From the IMG/VR virus record IMGVR_UViG_3300021961_007031: DNA of 64,000 bases; one strand, given 5' to 3'. The position numbers and the translations under genes are program-made. The DNA is from a virus. Each line of letters opens with the position of its first letter. The stretch's first letter is position 1. Below the pieces are notes generated by a model. It was not told the origin of the DNA, did not search any database, and saw only the letters and a program-made list of their open reading frames with translations. Below are positions 1-9,694 of the stretch, piece by piece.

Positions 1-2403
1 GCAACATACGAGCATTTGAGCGGTTTTTTACCAGACGGAATTCGCATTACAATCTATGGGCAATGCGAAGGTTTTCCAAAAAATATAGATTACATTCAGG
101 GTGTGCCTAAATCAGTAACAACTGACACTGTAAATCAGTTCACTGTTAGAGCTACTAGTGAGGATGGTTTAGTGGCTGACCGTGTTTTTACTTTAACAGT
201 AACTGGTCCAGACGCTCCCATTATTAATGCACTACCAGCCAGTAACCTAGGTAGTTATTTTGATGGTGACCAAATAAATGTTCAACTTACAGCAACAGAC
301 GCTGATACAGCAGACACCCAAACATGGAAACTAATATCAGGGGAATTACCTGACGGAGTTACACTTAGTACATCAGGACTTTTAAGTGGTTGGATCACTC
401 CTATGCCAACAGAAACTGGGGACAGTGGCTGGGACGAAAATAACTTTGACATTGGAAGTTTTGACTTTACTACAGTAAGCACCAATGTAACATACAAGTT
501 TAAGGTGCAGGTTAGCGATAGCGGCGGTCTAACAAGTAGTAAAGAATACACATTATTTGTTGCCAGTAGAAACACACTAACTGCTGATAGCACGGTATTC
601 ACAGCAGACACTTATGCACCTACAGCAAGTTCAACTAGTATTGAGAGTAAGATTACTGCTGATTTAAATGATAAAAGAACACCATATTTAAAAACACAAC
701 CAGCAGACTTTGGTGAAATTTTACATGACAATTATTACAGTTTCCAGTTTGTTGGTGTAGATTTTGATGCAGACATTTTAGAATATAGTATAACGACTGG
801 TGCTGGATTAGGGTACGACGCTGATGGAGTAGGATATGATGCAGCAGCATTAGATAGAGGTGATTTAGAATTGCCTCCTGGTATGACATTAGATCCTAAC
901 TCAGGCTGGCTTACAGGTTACATACCTTCGCAGGCAGCAACTAAAAAAGACTATAAATTTGGTATACAAGTCCGTAAAAAAAATTATCCAGAGTATATAA
1001 GTGACATAACATTTTTTACACTTACAATTATAGGAAATATAGCAGGAACAGTTACTTGGCCAGCAGCAGACCTAGGAACTATTGACACTGGAGCAATAAG
1101 CGAACTAGATGTTCGTGCAACTATTAGCAATAACAAGAGTGTAAAATACGTTCTTAAAACAACGTATTCCAATAATCTCCCACAAGGATTGAGATTGGAA
1201 CAAAATGGACTAATTACAGGCCGTGTAAGTTTTAACCATCTTATGTTTGATACTGGATCTACTAGTTTTGACAAAAACAGTACACAGGTATCTGAAACAA
1301 CCTTCGAAAGAAAGCATACATTTACTGTAAGAGTCTTTAGTGACGACCTAACAATAGATACTTTTCAAACATTTAATATTGTAATTAAACCAAGCAGTTT
1401 TAAACCTTATGAGGCACTTTATGCTAAAGCACTAATAAGCAGTGGACAAAAAGACATTCATAGCATTCTTATTAACAACAGTGATGATATCGACCCTAAC
1501 AGTGTTTACAGACTTGGCGATCTAAACTTTGGCATACAGCAAAATATTAGAGCACTTGTTACAAGCGGACTTAATCCTGCTCTGTTAACTGATTATGTTG
1601 AAGCCATGGCTTATAATCATCACAATAATATTTTAAGATTTGGTGATATTAAAGTTGCTACAGCATATGAATCCGACGGAACTACAAAAAAGTATGAAGT
1701 TGTCTATGTTACACTAGTTGACAAGAGCCTGGGTATAGATCCTACAACTAAACTCCCCAGTGCACCCAAGCAACAAATCGATTTAGCAAAACAACAGAGT
1801 GTAACTGCTATGAGCGGATTTAATAGACGTCTTAGTGTAGACAGTTTGGGGCTAAGTGCTGACAGCGGCGGGTTTACTGGTGATGAACACAATTACAGAT
1901 ATGCCTATCCAAACAGTATAGAAAATATGCGATCACGCATTAAGGATGGCATAGGATATGCTGTACTAGAAAGATTAACTTTACCACAGTGGATGCAGGA
2001 CAAACAAATAGACACTGGCGGCAATATATTAGGTTATACACTTGCGGTGCCATTGGTATTTTGTAAACCTGGATCTGGCAAAAAAGTTGCATATCTTATT
2101 GGCCAACGAATTAGTAGTAGTAATATAGATCTAAAGAAAATAAGTTTTGAAGTTGATAGATTTATTCTTGATAATAATTTAAGTCAGTACTATAATAAGA
2201 CTACAGGTGCATGGTCAAGTGCAGGACAAACTACATTTGATGTTGCTACAACTGAAATGACATTAGATGGAGATGGAACCAGGTTTTTTGCAAATGCAGA
2301 CCAATATGCAGATCCAGACCAAAATGACCAATATATCAAGTTCCCCAAACGAGACATCTTCCGCTATGATCGTGCCAGTTCAGGATTTGAATACAATATT
2401 TAA
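1..2403 (+). CDS. Baseplate wedge / tail structural protein with Ig-like repeats (5' truncated by window edge)
   Basis: Repeated LP.G..L...GL.(S/T)G Ig-like motifs and Thr/Ser/Asp-rich beta content; C-terminal D.YIKFPK ending resembles T4-like baseplate wedge proteins; frame is open from the window start. Confidence 0.6.
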   Translation, partial: ATYEHLSGFLPDGIRITIYGQCEGFPKNIDYIQGVPKSVTTDTVNQFTVRATSEDGLVADRVFTLTVTGPDAPIINALPASNLGSYFDGDQINVQLTATDADTADTQTWKLISGELPDGVTLSTSGLLSGWITPMPTETGDSGWDENNFDIGSFDFTTVSTNVTYKFKVQVSDSGGLTSSKEYTLFVASRNTLTADSTVFTADTYAPTASSTSIESKITADLNDKRTPYLKTQPADFGEILHDNYYSFQFVGVDFDADILEYSITTGAGLGYDADGVGYDAAALDRGDLELPPGMTLDPNSGWLTGYIPSQAATKKDYKFGIQVRKKNYPEYISDITFFTLTIIGNIAGTVTWPAADLGTIDTGAISELDVRATISNNKSVKYVLKTTYSNNLPQGLRLEQNGLITGRVSFNHLMFDTGSTSFDKNSTQVSETTFERKHTFTVRVFSDDLTIDTFQTFNIVIKPSSFKPYEALYAKALISSGQKDIHSILINNSDDIDPNSVYRLGDLNFGIQQNIRALVTSGLNPALLTDYVEAMAYNHHNNILRFGDIKVATAYESDGTTKKYEVVYVTLVDKSLGIDPTTKLPSAPKQQIDLAKQQSVTAMSGFNRRLSVDSLGLSADSGGFTGDEHNYRYAYPNSIENMRSRIKDGIGYAVLERLTLPQWMQDKQIDTGGNILGYTLAVPLVFCKPGSGKKVAYLIGQRISSSNIDLKKISFEVDRFILDNNLSQYYNKTTGAWSSAGQTTFDVATTEMTLDGDGTRFFANADQYADPDQNDQYIKFPKRDIFRYDRASSGFEYNI

Positions 2404-2440
2404 TTGATAAATAATAATGTTCCCATGGAGTTAACATAGT

Positions 2441-3172
2441 ATGGCTAGTAATATCAATGCAAATAATATAGACGGTACTTATCCTATCGCGGGTCAGGAC
2501 AACGATAGTCAAGGCTTCAGAGATAATTTTACTAATATCAAAACAAACTTCACAAATGCAAAATCTGAAATAGAAGACCTCCAAAGCAAAGTTGTTCTTA
2601 AAAGCGCACTTATAGGCACAAGTTTAAGCAATGCCGGCGGTGGCTCTATTATGAGCGATTTCCAACTCCAGGACATGAGCGAAACCCGTGTGGCAAAGGG
2701 AACAACTAGCGGCACAGTAACTATTGAATATACTAGTGGTGGGTATCAGACAGTAACAACTAGCGGAAATATTAGTCTTGAGTTTACTAATTTCAGCGCA
2801 AGTGGAACACTTAGCAGAGTAAGAGTAGAAATTACAATTGCAAGTGCTAGCCACACAGTGACACTTCCAAGTGCAGTCACAATTGGCGCTAACACACTAC
2901 AAGGTATTGTTCCAGCAACCAAAGTTATTACCTTTGATGCTGCTGGTACATACATTTTCGAATTTACGACAGATGACTCGGGTACAACTATTGCAGTAAA
3001 TGATCTTACCCGTAACCGCACCCAAATGGATGTACGCACACCAGCAAACACTGGACAGAGCGGCGATGTTGCAGGCATGGCAGTAGTTGATAGCAGTTAC
3101 ATTTATGTTTGCACAGGAACATATGATGGATCTACAGTTATCTGGAAGCGTGTAGGTATTAGTGCCTACTAA
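2441..3172 (+). CDS. Virion structural protein (baseplate/tail-fibre associated)
   Basis: N-terminal YP.AGQDNDSQGFRDNF motif, Thr/Gly/Ser-rich, ends YIYVC...WKR; preceded by late-type GATAAATA. Confidence 0.6.
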   Translation: MASNINANNIDGTYPIAGQDNDSQGFRDNFTNIKTNFTNAKSEIEDLQSKVVLKSALIGTSLSNAGGGSIMSDFQLQDMSETRVAKGTTSGTVTIEYTSGGYQTVTTSGNISLEFTNFSASGTLSRVRVEITIASASHTVTLPSAVTIGANTLQGIVPATKVITFDAAGTYIFEFTTDDSGTTIAVNDLTRNRTQMDVRTPANTGQSGDVAGMAVVDSSYIYVCTGTYDGSTVIWKRVGISAY

Positions 3173-3192
3173 GTTATACTAAGGTATAAACA

Positions 3193-3960
3193 ATGCAAGA
3201 CGCAGAATTTGTTGTTAGTGCAGCTCAAGGCTGTTTTGGCAATCATTTGAGATGGCTGTTGTTACTTGACCCAAAATTTAATTTTAAATTTACTGACTTT
3301 AATTTACAACCTAGTAAATTTTATACATATCAAGATATGTATTTCCACAAGTATGGTCATCTAAACTACAATGACTTTAAAAATTTAAATCCTGATTCGA
3401 TAGACCAAAAGTTGTTAACGGATTATGTTAATGATTTTGATTTACCTACACTAGACTTTACTTCAACCGAATCAAAAATTAAATCTATTGAAAATTATGT
3501 ATATCCTAAAAGTAGAACTTGGCACAATTGGTTATACTTTGAATTTAAATTTAGGGAGATTATACAATGTATAACTTTTGACCATTTTATTCCAGATTTT
3601 AAATCAAATATAAAATATTTAAGCCTAGTTCCAGACAATGTACATAATGCTTTTAAATGGTATGTAAAGTGGAATAGTGGCTTAAATGCTATATCTAAAG
3701 ATGAACTGTTATGGGACATTAATAACTTTAAAAATAATACCGTCAAATCAATGTCTACTAACCCAAATGTATGTATGTTAAATTCTGATATTTTGTATAA
3801 TCATACATTAGATAAGGATATATACAAAAAGGCAATTAATCATTTTGGACTATCAGACTGTTATAATCAAGCAAATTATGTCCATGGTCTTTGGTATGAG
3901 TTGCATAAAAACTCAGAAAGACAAATGATAAGTGACTTAAAAGAGTTGTTTGAATTATAA
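3193..3960 (+). CDS. Hypothetical protein, very AT-rich (possible degenerate P-loop/sulfotransferase-like)
   Basis: 255-aa ORF; N-terminal QGCFGNHL.WLL. Confidence 0.45.
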   Translation: MQDAEFVVSAAQGCFGNHLRWLLLLDPKFNFKFTDFNLQPSKFYTYQDMYFHKYGHLNYNDFKNLNPDSIDQKLLTDYVNDFDLPTLDFTSTESKIKSIENYVYPKSRTWHNWLYFEFKFREIIQCITFDHFIPDFKSNIKYLSLVPDNVHNAFKWYVKWNSGLNAISKDELLWDINNFKNNTVKSMSTNPNVCMLNSDILYNHTLDKDIYKKAINHFGLSDCYNQANYVHGLWYELHKNSERQMISDLKELFEL

Positions 3961-3963
3961 ATA
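3956..3963 (+). promoter_or_regulatory. T4-type late promoter TATAAATA
   Basis: Exact T4 gp55 consensus just upstream of RBS and ATG at 3987; ATAAATA recurs upstream of many genes (about 2407, 7063, 14050, 17479, 23122, 29477, 33856, 36758, 41977, 46995, 51152). Confidence 0.75.
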
Positions 3964-3986
3964 AGTACATAACAGGAAACAAAACA

Positions 3987-4322
3987 ATGAATAATGATGA
4001 ATTTAGATCACTGCAAAATAAACTAGCAAGCATCCAAGCACTAGGCGACATGCGTTTGTCTACACAACCAATTGTGGAAGACAAAGAAAATGCAAAAAGC
4101 GAACTATTAGCAATTCTTCATCAACTTGAAGATTTAAGCCGTGAAGCTTCTGCTATTATGCAGTCTAATTTCCCAAATTCTTATCGCCAAGCTCAAGCAT
4201 ATGGCTCACTACTATTTGGTAAGAGCAAGAATCCATACGATACAACATTTGAACAACTTATTCTAAACCTAGATCAAGAAGATACAGACTTTGCTGACGA
4301 CGACTACAGAGAAGAAGACTGA
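3987..4322 (+). CDS. Hypothetical late protein (possible internal head protein)
   Basis: ORF with RBS downstream of a late promoter; acidic C-terminus. Confidence 0.55.
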   Translation: MNNDEFRSLQNKLASIQALGDMRLSTQPIVEDKENAKSELLAILHQLEDLSREASAIMQSNFPNSYRQAQAYGSLLFGKSKNPYDTTFEQLILNLDQEDTDFADDDYREED

Positions 4323-4337
4323 GACCTATTATATAAA

Positions 4338-4365
4338 TTGACTTAATGAACTCCTGTAGTATAAT
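4338..4365 (+). promoter_or_regulatory. Sigma70-type promoter TTGACT-16-TATAAT
   Basis: Near-consensus -35/-10 upstream of the MazG-like gene. Confidence 0.75.
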
Positions 4366-4383
4366 AAACTATAGGAGTTTTTT
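4349..4383 (+). terminator. Intrinsic terminator / RBS-masking hairpin overlapping the promoter
   Basis: 12-bp stem AACTCCTGTAGT/ACTATAGGAGTT followed by a T run. Confidence 0.6.
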
Positions 4384-4384
4384 A

Positions 4385-4789
4385 ATGACGCAAATCGACT
4401 TGAACAAGTATGCAGTATTTGTGACTGCTGTTACCAGCAACGAAAGTAAAAACAGTGCCGCTCTCGAGGCTAGCATCCGTGAATTGTCCAAACATGTTAT
4501 TGTACCGCGGTTGCTTACAGCAAGTATTGGTCTAGCAAGTGAGACCGGTGAATTTAGCGAAATTGTGAAAAAGTGTTTATTTCAAGGCAAACCTGTAAAT
4601 GAGGAAACATTATTTCACATGAAGCGTGAGTTGGGTGATATTATCTGGTATTGGATTCAGGGATGCTATGCATTGAACCTAGATCCTAACGATGTAATTG
4701 CAGAGAATGTAAATAAACTGAAAGCCCGTTATCCAGGCGGAGAATTCGACGCTTATTACAGCGAAAACAGAAAAGATGGAGATCTATGA
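4385..4789 (+). CDS. MazG-like nucleoside triphosphate pyrophosphohydrolase
   Basis: GLASETGEFSEIVKK...ELGDIIWY...N..KL..RYP motifs; start moved to ATG 4385 after the AGGAG RBS. Confidence 0.85.
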   Translation: MTQIDLNKYAVFVTAVTSNESKNSAALEASIRELSKHVIVPRLLTASIGLASETGEFSEIVKKCLFQGKPVNEETLFHMKRELGDIIWYWIQGCYALNLDPNDVIAENVNKLKARYPGGEFDAYYSENRKDGDL

Positions 4790-5214
4790 AAGTACTAATT
4801 TACGGATTACCCGGTGCTGGTAAAAGCACCCTTGCAGAACCTTTCGCTAAACTAATTGGTGGTGTTTGGATCAATGCAGATAAAGTTAGAGAACGATATA
4901 ATGACTGGGACTTTAGCCCAGAGGGTAGAATTCGTCAAGCACAACGCATGCGTCATCTGGCAGATGGTGTAGTAATGGCTGGCAAAACTGCTGTTGCTGA
5001 TTTTGTTTGCCCAACAGAACGAGCTCGTAAAGAGTTCGGTGCAGACTTTACTGTATGGATGGATACTATAGAAGCTGGCAGATTTGAAGATACTAATGCA
5101 ATGTTTGAAAAGCCAGCCAAAGTAGACTACCATGTTAAGGCTTGGTTCGATGACACCCCGCAACAACTAATAGATGTTGTTAAAGTATGGATGGAGAGAA
5201 ACGATGAGCTTTGA
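4786..5214 (+). CDS. Adenylylsulfate (APS) kinase-like P-loop kinase
   Basis: GLPGAGKST Walker A; NAD.VR...DWDFS..GR..QA.RM; DFVCP; FE.P. Confidence 0.75.
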   Translation: MKVLIYGLPGAGKSTLAEPFAKLIGGVWINADKVRERYNDWDFSPEGRIRQAQRMRHLADGVVMAGKTAVADFVCPTERARKEFGADFTVWMDTIEAGRFEDTNAMFEKPAKVDYHVKAWFDDTPQQLIDVVKVWMERNDEL

Positions 5215-5677
5215 CTTCCAAAAACCAACCGTCCAAATGCTGGGCCGCTGGCAACCCTGGCACGATGGACATACGGCTCTGTTTAAGAAAGCATTAGCTA
5301 TAACAGGTCAAGTATGTATCATGGTGCGAGATGTAGGTGGTATTGTTGGTTCTGATGCCGGTGCCGGGCGCACCGCAACCGTACAAAGTGATAATCCTTT
5401 TGATTTTAAAACTGTAGTTGAGAACATTAAAATTGGTTTAGGCAAACATGGTTTTGCCTATTATGAAGAATATACAGTTATGCTAGTGCCTAATATTGTT
5501 GATATTAGTTATGGTCGCGGAGTAGGTTATACATTTACTGAACATGATCTAGGCGCAGCCGTACACGATATTAGTGCAACAAAGATTCGTGCTCGGATGC
5601 GTGAAGAAGGTACTCTTGCTAAAGTAGAAACACTACAAGTTGATCATGTAGCTGTAGTTGGCGGTGCTAACGATTAG
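5204..5677 (+). CDS. HIGH-superfamily nucleotidyltransferase (cytidylyltransferase-like)
   Basis: GRWQPWHDGH (HxGH) and ISATKIR motifs. Confidence 0.8.
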   Translation: MSFDFQKPTVQMLGRWQPWHDGHTALFKKALAITGQVCIMVRDVGGIVGSDAGAGRTATVQSDNPFDFKTVVENIKIGLGKHGFAYYEEYTVMLVPNIVDISYGRGVGYTFTEHDLGAAVHDISATKIRARMREEGTLAKVETLQVDHVAVVGGAND

Positions 5678-5685
5678 GAAATGTT

Positions 5686-5931
5686 ATGCATCCACTAGCA
5701 CCAAACTTTTCAGACATGTCAGACGCTGATTTAAATGAAAATATTAAAAAACTTCAAACTAGGTTAAGTCATGCTTATAGAACTAGTTCTAGTGTGGTGC
5801 CTCAAATTCAAATGTTATTGCAAGATTACATTGAAGAACGTGGACGCAGAGATAAAGAATCATTAGATAAACTCATGCAAAAAAGCAAGGACTCAGGAAA
5901 TGACTGGGACGACATTATTGACATTGGATAA
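5686..5931 (+). CDS. Hypothetical protein
   Basis: 81-aa helical ORF with RBS. Confidence 0.6.
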   Translation: MHPLAPNFSDMSDADLNENIKKLQTRLSHAYRTSSSVVPQIQMLLQDYIEERGRRDKESLDKLMQKSKDSGNDWDDIIDIG

Positions 5932-5934
5932 GTC

Positions 5935-6561
5935 ATGATTACACTTAAACATAAATTTTTAGCTACTATAATTATTGATGGACAAATTCTTCCCAACAGT
6001 TGGGACCTAAACATAGACATGGTTCCTAATCCTAGTGAGTCTACTCACGATATTAGTGTAGTTACTGATCGTGTAAATGTTTGGATAGAAAGTATGCTAG
6101 ACAACAGTATGCTTGTTGGGCCTGGCGATATGCATTTGTTAAAAGAAATGGAATGTCCATTTAGCATAGGTGTTCATCCATTGCCTGATGAACCCTACGA
6201 TAGAATGATTGCAATTTGCTTATACACCAAGTTAAGTGCTATAATGGAAAAAAAGATGTTTATTAATAGCATCTGGTTAGAAAGTTATCAAAGTGAAGGC
6301 ATCAGCCACACTTACACTAGTGAAGAAGGCGACGGCGATTTACTCAAGGCTCTAGCAGAACCTGGCAATGAAGAGTTTGCAAGTTATTGGTACAGAAAAG
6401 ATCCAGTATTCTTTAGAGTAGACGCAGATGGTATGGAACTAAAAGAACAAACCTGGGGAGAACTAGGGCTGGCATTGAAGTCTGAAGAAGATGGCAAAGT
6501 TATTCCAATGCGGTTCAAGCCAAGAATAATTCCTGGTGACAAGGGAGATGATATTGCTTAG
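5935..6561 (+). CDS. Hypothetical protein
   Basis: 208-aa ORF in operon context. Confidence 0.6.
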   Translation: MITLKHKFLATIIIDGQILPNSWDLNIDMVPNPSESTHDISVVTDRVNVWIESMLDNSMLVGPGDMHLLKEMECPFSIGVHPLPDEPYDRMIAICLYTKLSAIMEKKMFINSIWLESYQSEGISHTYTSEEGDGDLLKALAEPGNEEFASYWYRKDPVFFRVDADGMELKEQTWGELGLALKSEEDGKVIPMRFKPRIIPGDKGDDIA

Positions 6562-7066
6562 TCTAGACAGTTATGGCAGACAAGTTTATAAAGAGCAGGA
6601 TGCTATAAATTTACTGTATAGAAATCCAAATGTGGACTTACAGAGTCTAAACATAAAAGATGTAGAACAATTTAATCGCGCAAGTGAAATACTGTACGCT
6701 GGTTATAGACTAGAGAAGACAGCAGATTTGGATTGTACACCTGTAGAATATCATAAACAAAACCAACAAAACTGGCATATGCCACAAGAATATAAAGATC
6801 TAGATATAGCAAAATGGTGTTTAGATCGTTGTACACACGCAGAACAGTTGCAAAGAGTTGGAACTGAACTATTACTGTATCAAGAACGGGACTTATTTCC
6901 CCTATTACAATTCCTACTTTATATGGTTGACACCATGCGAGCAAATAGTATAATATGGGGAGTAGGACGTGGTAGTAGTGTAGCAAGTTATGTATTGTAT
7001 CTTATCGGAGTACACAAAGTAGACAGTTTGTATTACGATTTAGATATCACAGAATTTTTACGATAA
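6548..7066 (+). CDS. Stand-alone fragment of DNA polymerase III alpha (DnaE) polymerase domain
   Basis: R...EL...; WGVGRGSSVASYVLYLIGVHKVD...L....FL matches the DnaE GxGRGS region; ends before the catalytic PDxDxD. Confidence 0.8.
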   Translation: MILLSLDSYGRQVYKEQDAINLLYRNPNVDLQSLNIKDVEQFNRASEILYAGYRLEKTADLDCTPVEYHKQNQQNWHMPQEYKDLDIAKWCLDRCTHAEQLQRVGTELLLYQERDLFPLLQFLLYMVDTMRANSIIWGVGRGSSVASYVLYLIGVHKVDSLYYDLDITEFLR

Positions 7067-7094
7067 ATATATGCGTATATTATAGGAGTTAATT

Positions 7095-7559
7095 ATGGCA
7101 AAAAGAACATATCGATCAGCAAACGGAAAAATAGTTGATTTTGGCGGCTTGTTAAGTCAAAACGAAACTGTTCCTGCCCTGGGCAATATGAATGTAAATG
7201 CAAGAGGAGACGAAATTACTCCAGACGGCACAATTACAAGAACTCGCGAACAAGTTATGCGTGAGTATCATCAAATGAGCAATGCTCAAGTGCCACAGGA
7301 TGATCGCATACCTGAAAGTGCTGATGATACCTGGAGTGACTGGGAACCACGAGTAGAACCAGAACTAGTCAAAACTAGCGAGCCTGCTGTAGAAGATGTA
7401 GCAGATGAGCCAGTTACTGAAGCAGCACCAAAACCAGCGGCTGCTGAGCCTAGGCCAAGTGCTGGACTTGCTAGTGCAGTAGCAGCAGCGAGAACAGTTA
7501 CACCAACTGTAACTACAAAACCCGACGCAAAAACAACCGCAGGAGTAACCAGATTATAA
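7095..7559 (+). CDS. Hypothetical late protein
   Basis: YRSANGK.VD...PALGNMNVNARGD N-terminus, Ala/Pro-rich tail; ATAAATA and RBS upstream. Confidence 0.6.
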   Translation: MAKRTYRSANGKIVDFGGLLSQNETVPALGNMNVNARGDEITPDGTITRTREQVMREYHQMSNAQVPQDDRIPESADDTWSDWEPRVEPELVKTSEPAVEDVADEPVTEAAPKPAAAEPRPSAGLASAVAAARTVTPTVTTKPDAKTTAGVTRL

Positions 7560-7560
7560 T

Positions 7561-7923
7561 ATGCCAATATCAATTACAAATGTAACAGGAACATTTAAGC
7601 CATTACATGCTGGCGTTCTTGTAAGACAGATGAAATTCGATCAAATTACCACCAGTGGTGGAATTATTATTCCTGGCGATGATGGAGAGCTTAGAGGCAT
7701 TCATCCACGCTGGGCAGAAGTTATTGCTATTGGTCCAGAGCAGACTGATGTAGTAATTGGCCAATGGGTATTAGTAGCACATGGTCGCTGGAGTAGGGGA
7801 TTTACTCTCAATGGCGAAACATGTAGAACTGTAGACCCCAAGGACATATTAGGCGTAAGCGACGAAAAGCCTGTGGAAGATTTTGCACCTCCAACTATGG
7901 GACATGCGAGAGATGAGCACTGA
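7561..7923 (+). CDS. groES: GroES-like co-chaperonin
   Basis: KPL...VLV...TSGGIIIP...AEVIAIGP...V..G..V, DILG. Confidence 0.8.
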   Translation: MPISITNVTGTFKPLHAGVLVRQMKFDQITTSGGIIIPGDDGELRGIHPRWAEVIAIGPEQTDVVIGQWVLVAHGRWSRGFTLNGETCRTVDPKDILGVSDEKPVEDFAPPTMGHARDEH

Positions 7924-8035
7924 AGAAATTCTTAAACACAATGTAAGAGAATTACAAGAGCAACTCCAAAAAGCATATATTAGAATTAAAGAACTAAACG
8001 AAGAATTAGAACTTGAGAGAAACAAAACTCGTTAA
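7913..8035 (+). CDS. Small coiled-coil protein (40 aa, not in ORF track)
   Basis: MSTEEILKHNVRELQEQLQKAYIRIKELNEELELERNKTR fills the gap between groES and the next gene. Confidence 0.55.
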   Translation: MSTEEILKHNVRELQEQLQKAYIRIKELNEELELERNKTR

Positions 8036-8780
8036 TACCAGACATGGTAACATGTTTATTTACAGTAATGATCCAACTATCGGCAAGAGTTTGGAGCATT
8101 ATGGCGAGTATTGCTATCCTGAAATAGAATTGTTATTGCCATTTTTAAACTCTGAAAGTTTTGTAATAGACATTGGGGCTAATATCGGCACTCATACAGT
8201 TGCACTTGCACCACATGTAAGCAGACTAGTAGCCTTTGAGCCTGATCCTGAAAATCTAGATTTATTACAAAAAAATTGTGCTATGCAAGATAGCAAGGTA
8301 GCCAAGCGAATTAGTGTTAATCCTTTTGCTCTTAGCAATGAACAATTAATGGTTTCTACACAATTTGATTATGGAAAGACTAAAATAGTTCCTGGTGGCG
8401 ATATTGTTACGGTGCCATTGGACGATATCAAAGGCTTCCCTCGTATTGATTTGATTAAGATAGATGTTGAGGGTATGGAATACAATGTACTGCTTGGTGC
8501 TAAAAATACACTAATGTATTTTAGGCCAATACTGTTTATTGAAATGCAAGATGCCAGTATGAACAGCCTTGTGTTTGACTTTTTGGACAGTTTAGGCTAT
8601 AATATGTTTTGGGCTCCATGTGCTACATATAATCCAAATAATCACAAAGGTAACACTGAAGATATATTTGGCAAGCAGCATGGCGTCCTCAACTGGCTTT
8701 GTACACCATATCAGGTTAGTACCGGGCTAGTGCCAGTAACAGACAGAACAGACACTATAGAGAAAGCAGTGCTTAGATGA
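8013..8780 (+). CDS. FkbM-family SAM-dependent methyltransferase
   Basis: IDIGANIGTH, AFEP, IKIDVEGMEYNVL.GA, RP.LFIE. Confidence 0.85.
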   Translation: MRETKLVNTRHGNMFIYSNDPTIGKSLEHYGEYCYPEIELLLPFLNSESFVIDIGANIGTHTVALAPHVSRLVAFEPDPENLDLLQKNCAMQDSKVAKRISVNPFALSNEQLMVSTQFDYGKTKIVPGGDIVTVPLDDIKGFPRIDLIKIDVEGMEYNVLLGAKNTLMYFRPILFIEMQDASMNSLVFDFLDSLGYNMFWAPCATYNPNNHKGNTEDIFGKQHGVLNWLCTPYQVSTGLVPVTDRTDTIEKAVLR

Positions 8781-9694
8781 AAGAACTTTGGACAGAGAAG
8801 TACAGGCCAGACAATCTAGAAGGGTATGTGTTTAGAGATGATGCTCAAAAGCACCAGGTAGAAGGCTGGATCAAAGCAGGTGCTATTCCACACTTGCTGT
8901 TTAGCGGTGCACCTGGCGTGGGCAAGACTACGCTAGCAAAGATTCTTATCAAACAACTACAAGTAAACGATCTGGATGTGTTAGAGATTAATGCAAGCCG
9001 TGAGAATAGTGTTGACGCTGTTAGGGAAAAGATTACCAACTTCGTAGCAACTATGCCCTTTGGTGACTTTAAAGTTGTGCTACTTGATGAAGCAGACTAT
9101 ATCAGTCCAAACGGACAGGCAGCATTGCGTGGTGTTATGGAAACCTATTCAAGCACTGCAAGGTTTATCCTAACTTGTAACTATCCAAACAAAGTTATTC
9201 CTGCACTGCATAGCAGATGCCAGGGCTTTCACATTGAGAAGATTGATACAACAGAGTTTACTGCTCGCATTGCAACAGTGCTCGTAACAGAAGGCGTGGA
9301 AATTGATATTGATACACTGGACAGTTATGTAAAGGCTACCTATCCAGACTTGCGTAAGTGTATCAATCTTGTACAGATGAACACTGTAGACGGCAAACTA
9401 GTACGCCCGCAGGAATCAGACAGTGCAATGGCTGACTATAGGCTGGCAGTTGTAGACCTGTTTAAGGAAGGTAAACTACTTGAGGCTCGCAAACTCCTAT
9501 GTAGCCAGGTTCGTGCAGATGAAATGGATGAACTGTTCCGCTGGATGTATGACAATCTGGAACTGTGGAGTAGCACACAAGAAGGACAGGATCAGGCAGT
9601 GTTGATTATTGCAAAAGGGTTGCGTAACATTCCGCTTGTAGCAGATCAAGAGATTAACTTGGCTGCTACTCTTGTTGAACTATGTCAGATATAA
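8777..9694 (+). CDS. Clamp loader AAA+ subunit (RFC-small / T4 gp44-like)
   Basis: LWTEKYRP, GAPGVGKTT, LEINAS, LLDEAD, SRC motifs. Confidence 0.92.
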   Translation: MKELWTEKYRPDNLEGYVFRDDAQKHQVEGWIKAGAIPHLLFSGAPGVGKTTLAKILIKQLQVNDLDVLEINASRENSVDAVREKITNFVATMPFGDFKVVLLDEADYISPNGQAALRGVMETYSSTARFILTCNYPNKVIPALHSRCQGFHIEKIDTTEFTARIATVLVTEGVEIDIDTLDSYVKATYPDLRKCINLVQMNTVDGKLVRPQESDSAMADYRLAVVDLFKEGKLLEARKLLCSQVRADEMDELFRWMYDNLELWSSTQEGQDQAVLIIAKGLRNIPLVADQEINLAATLVELCQI

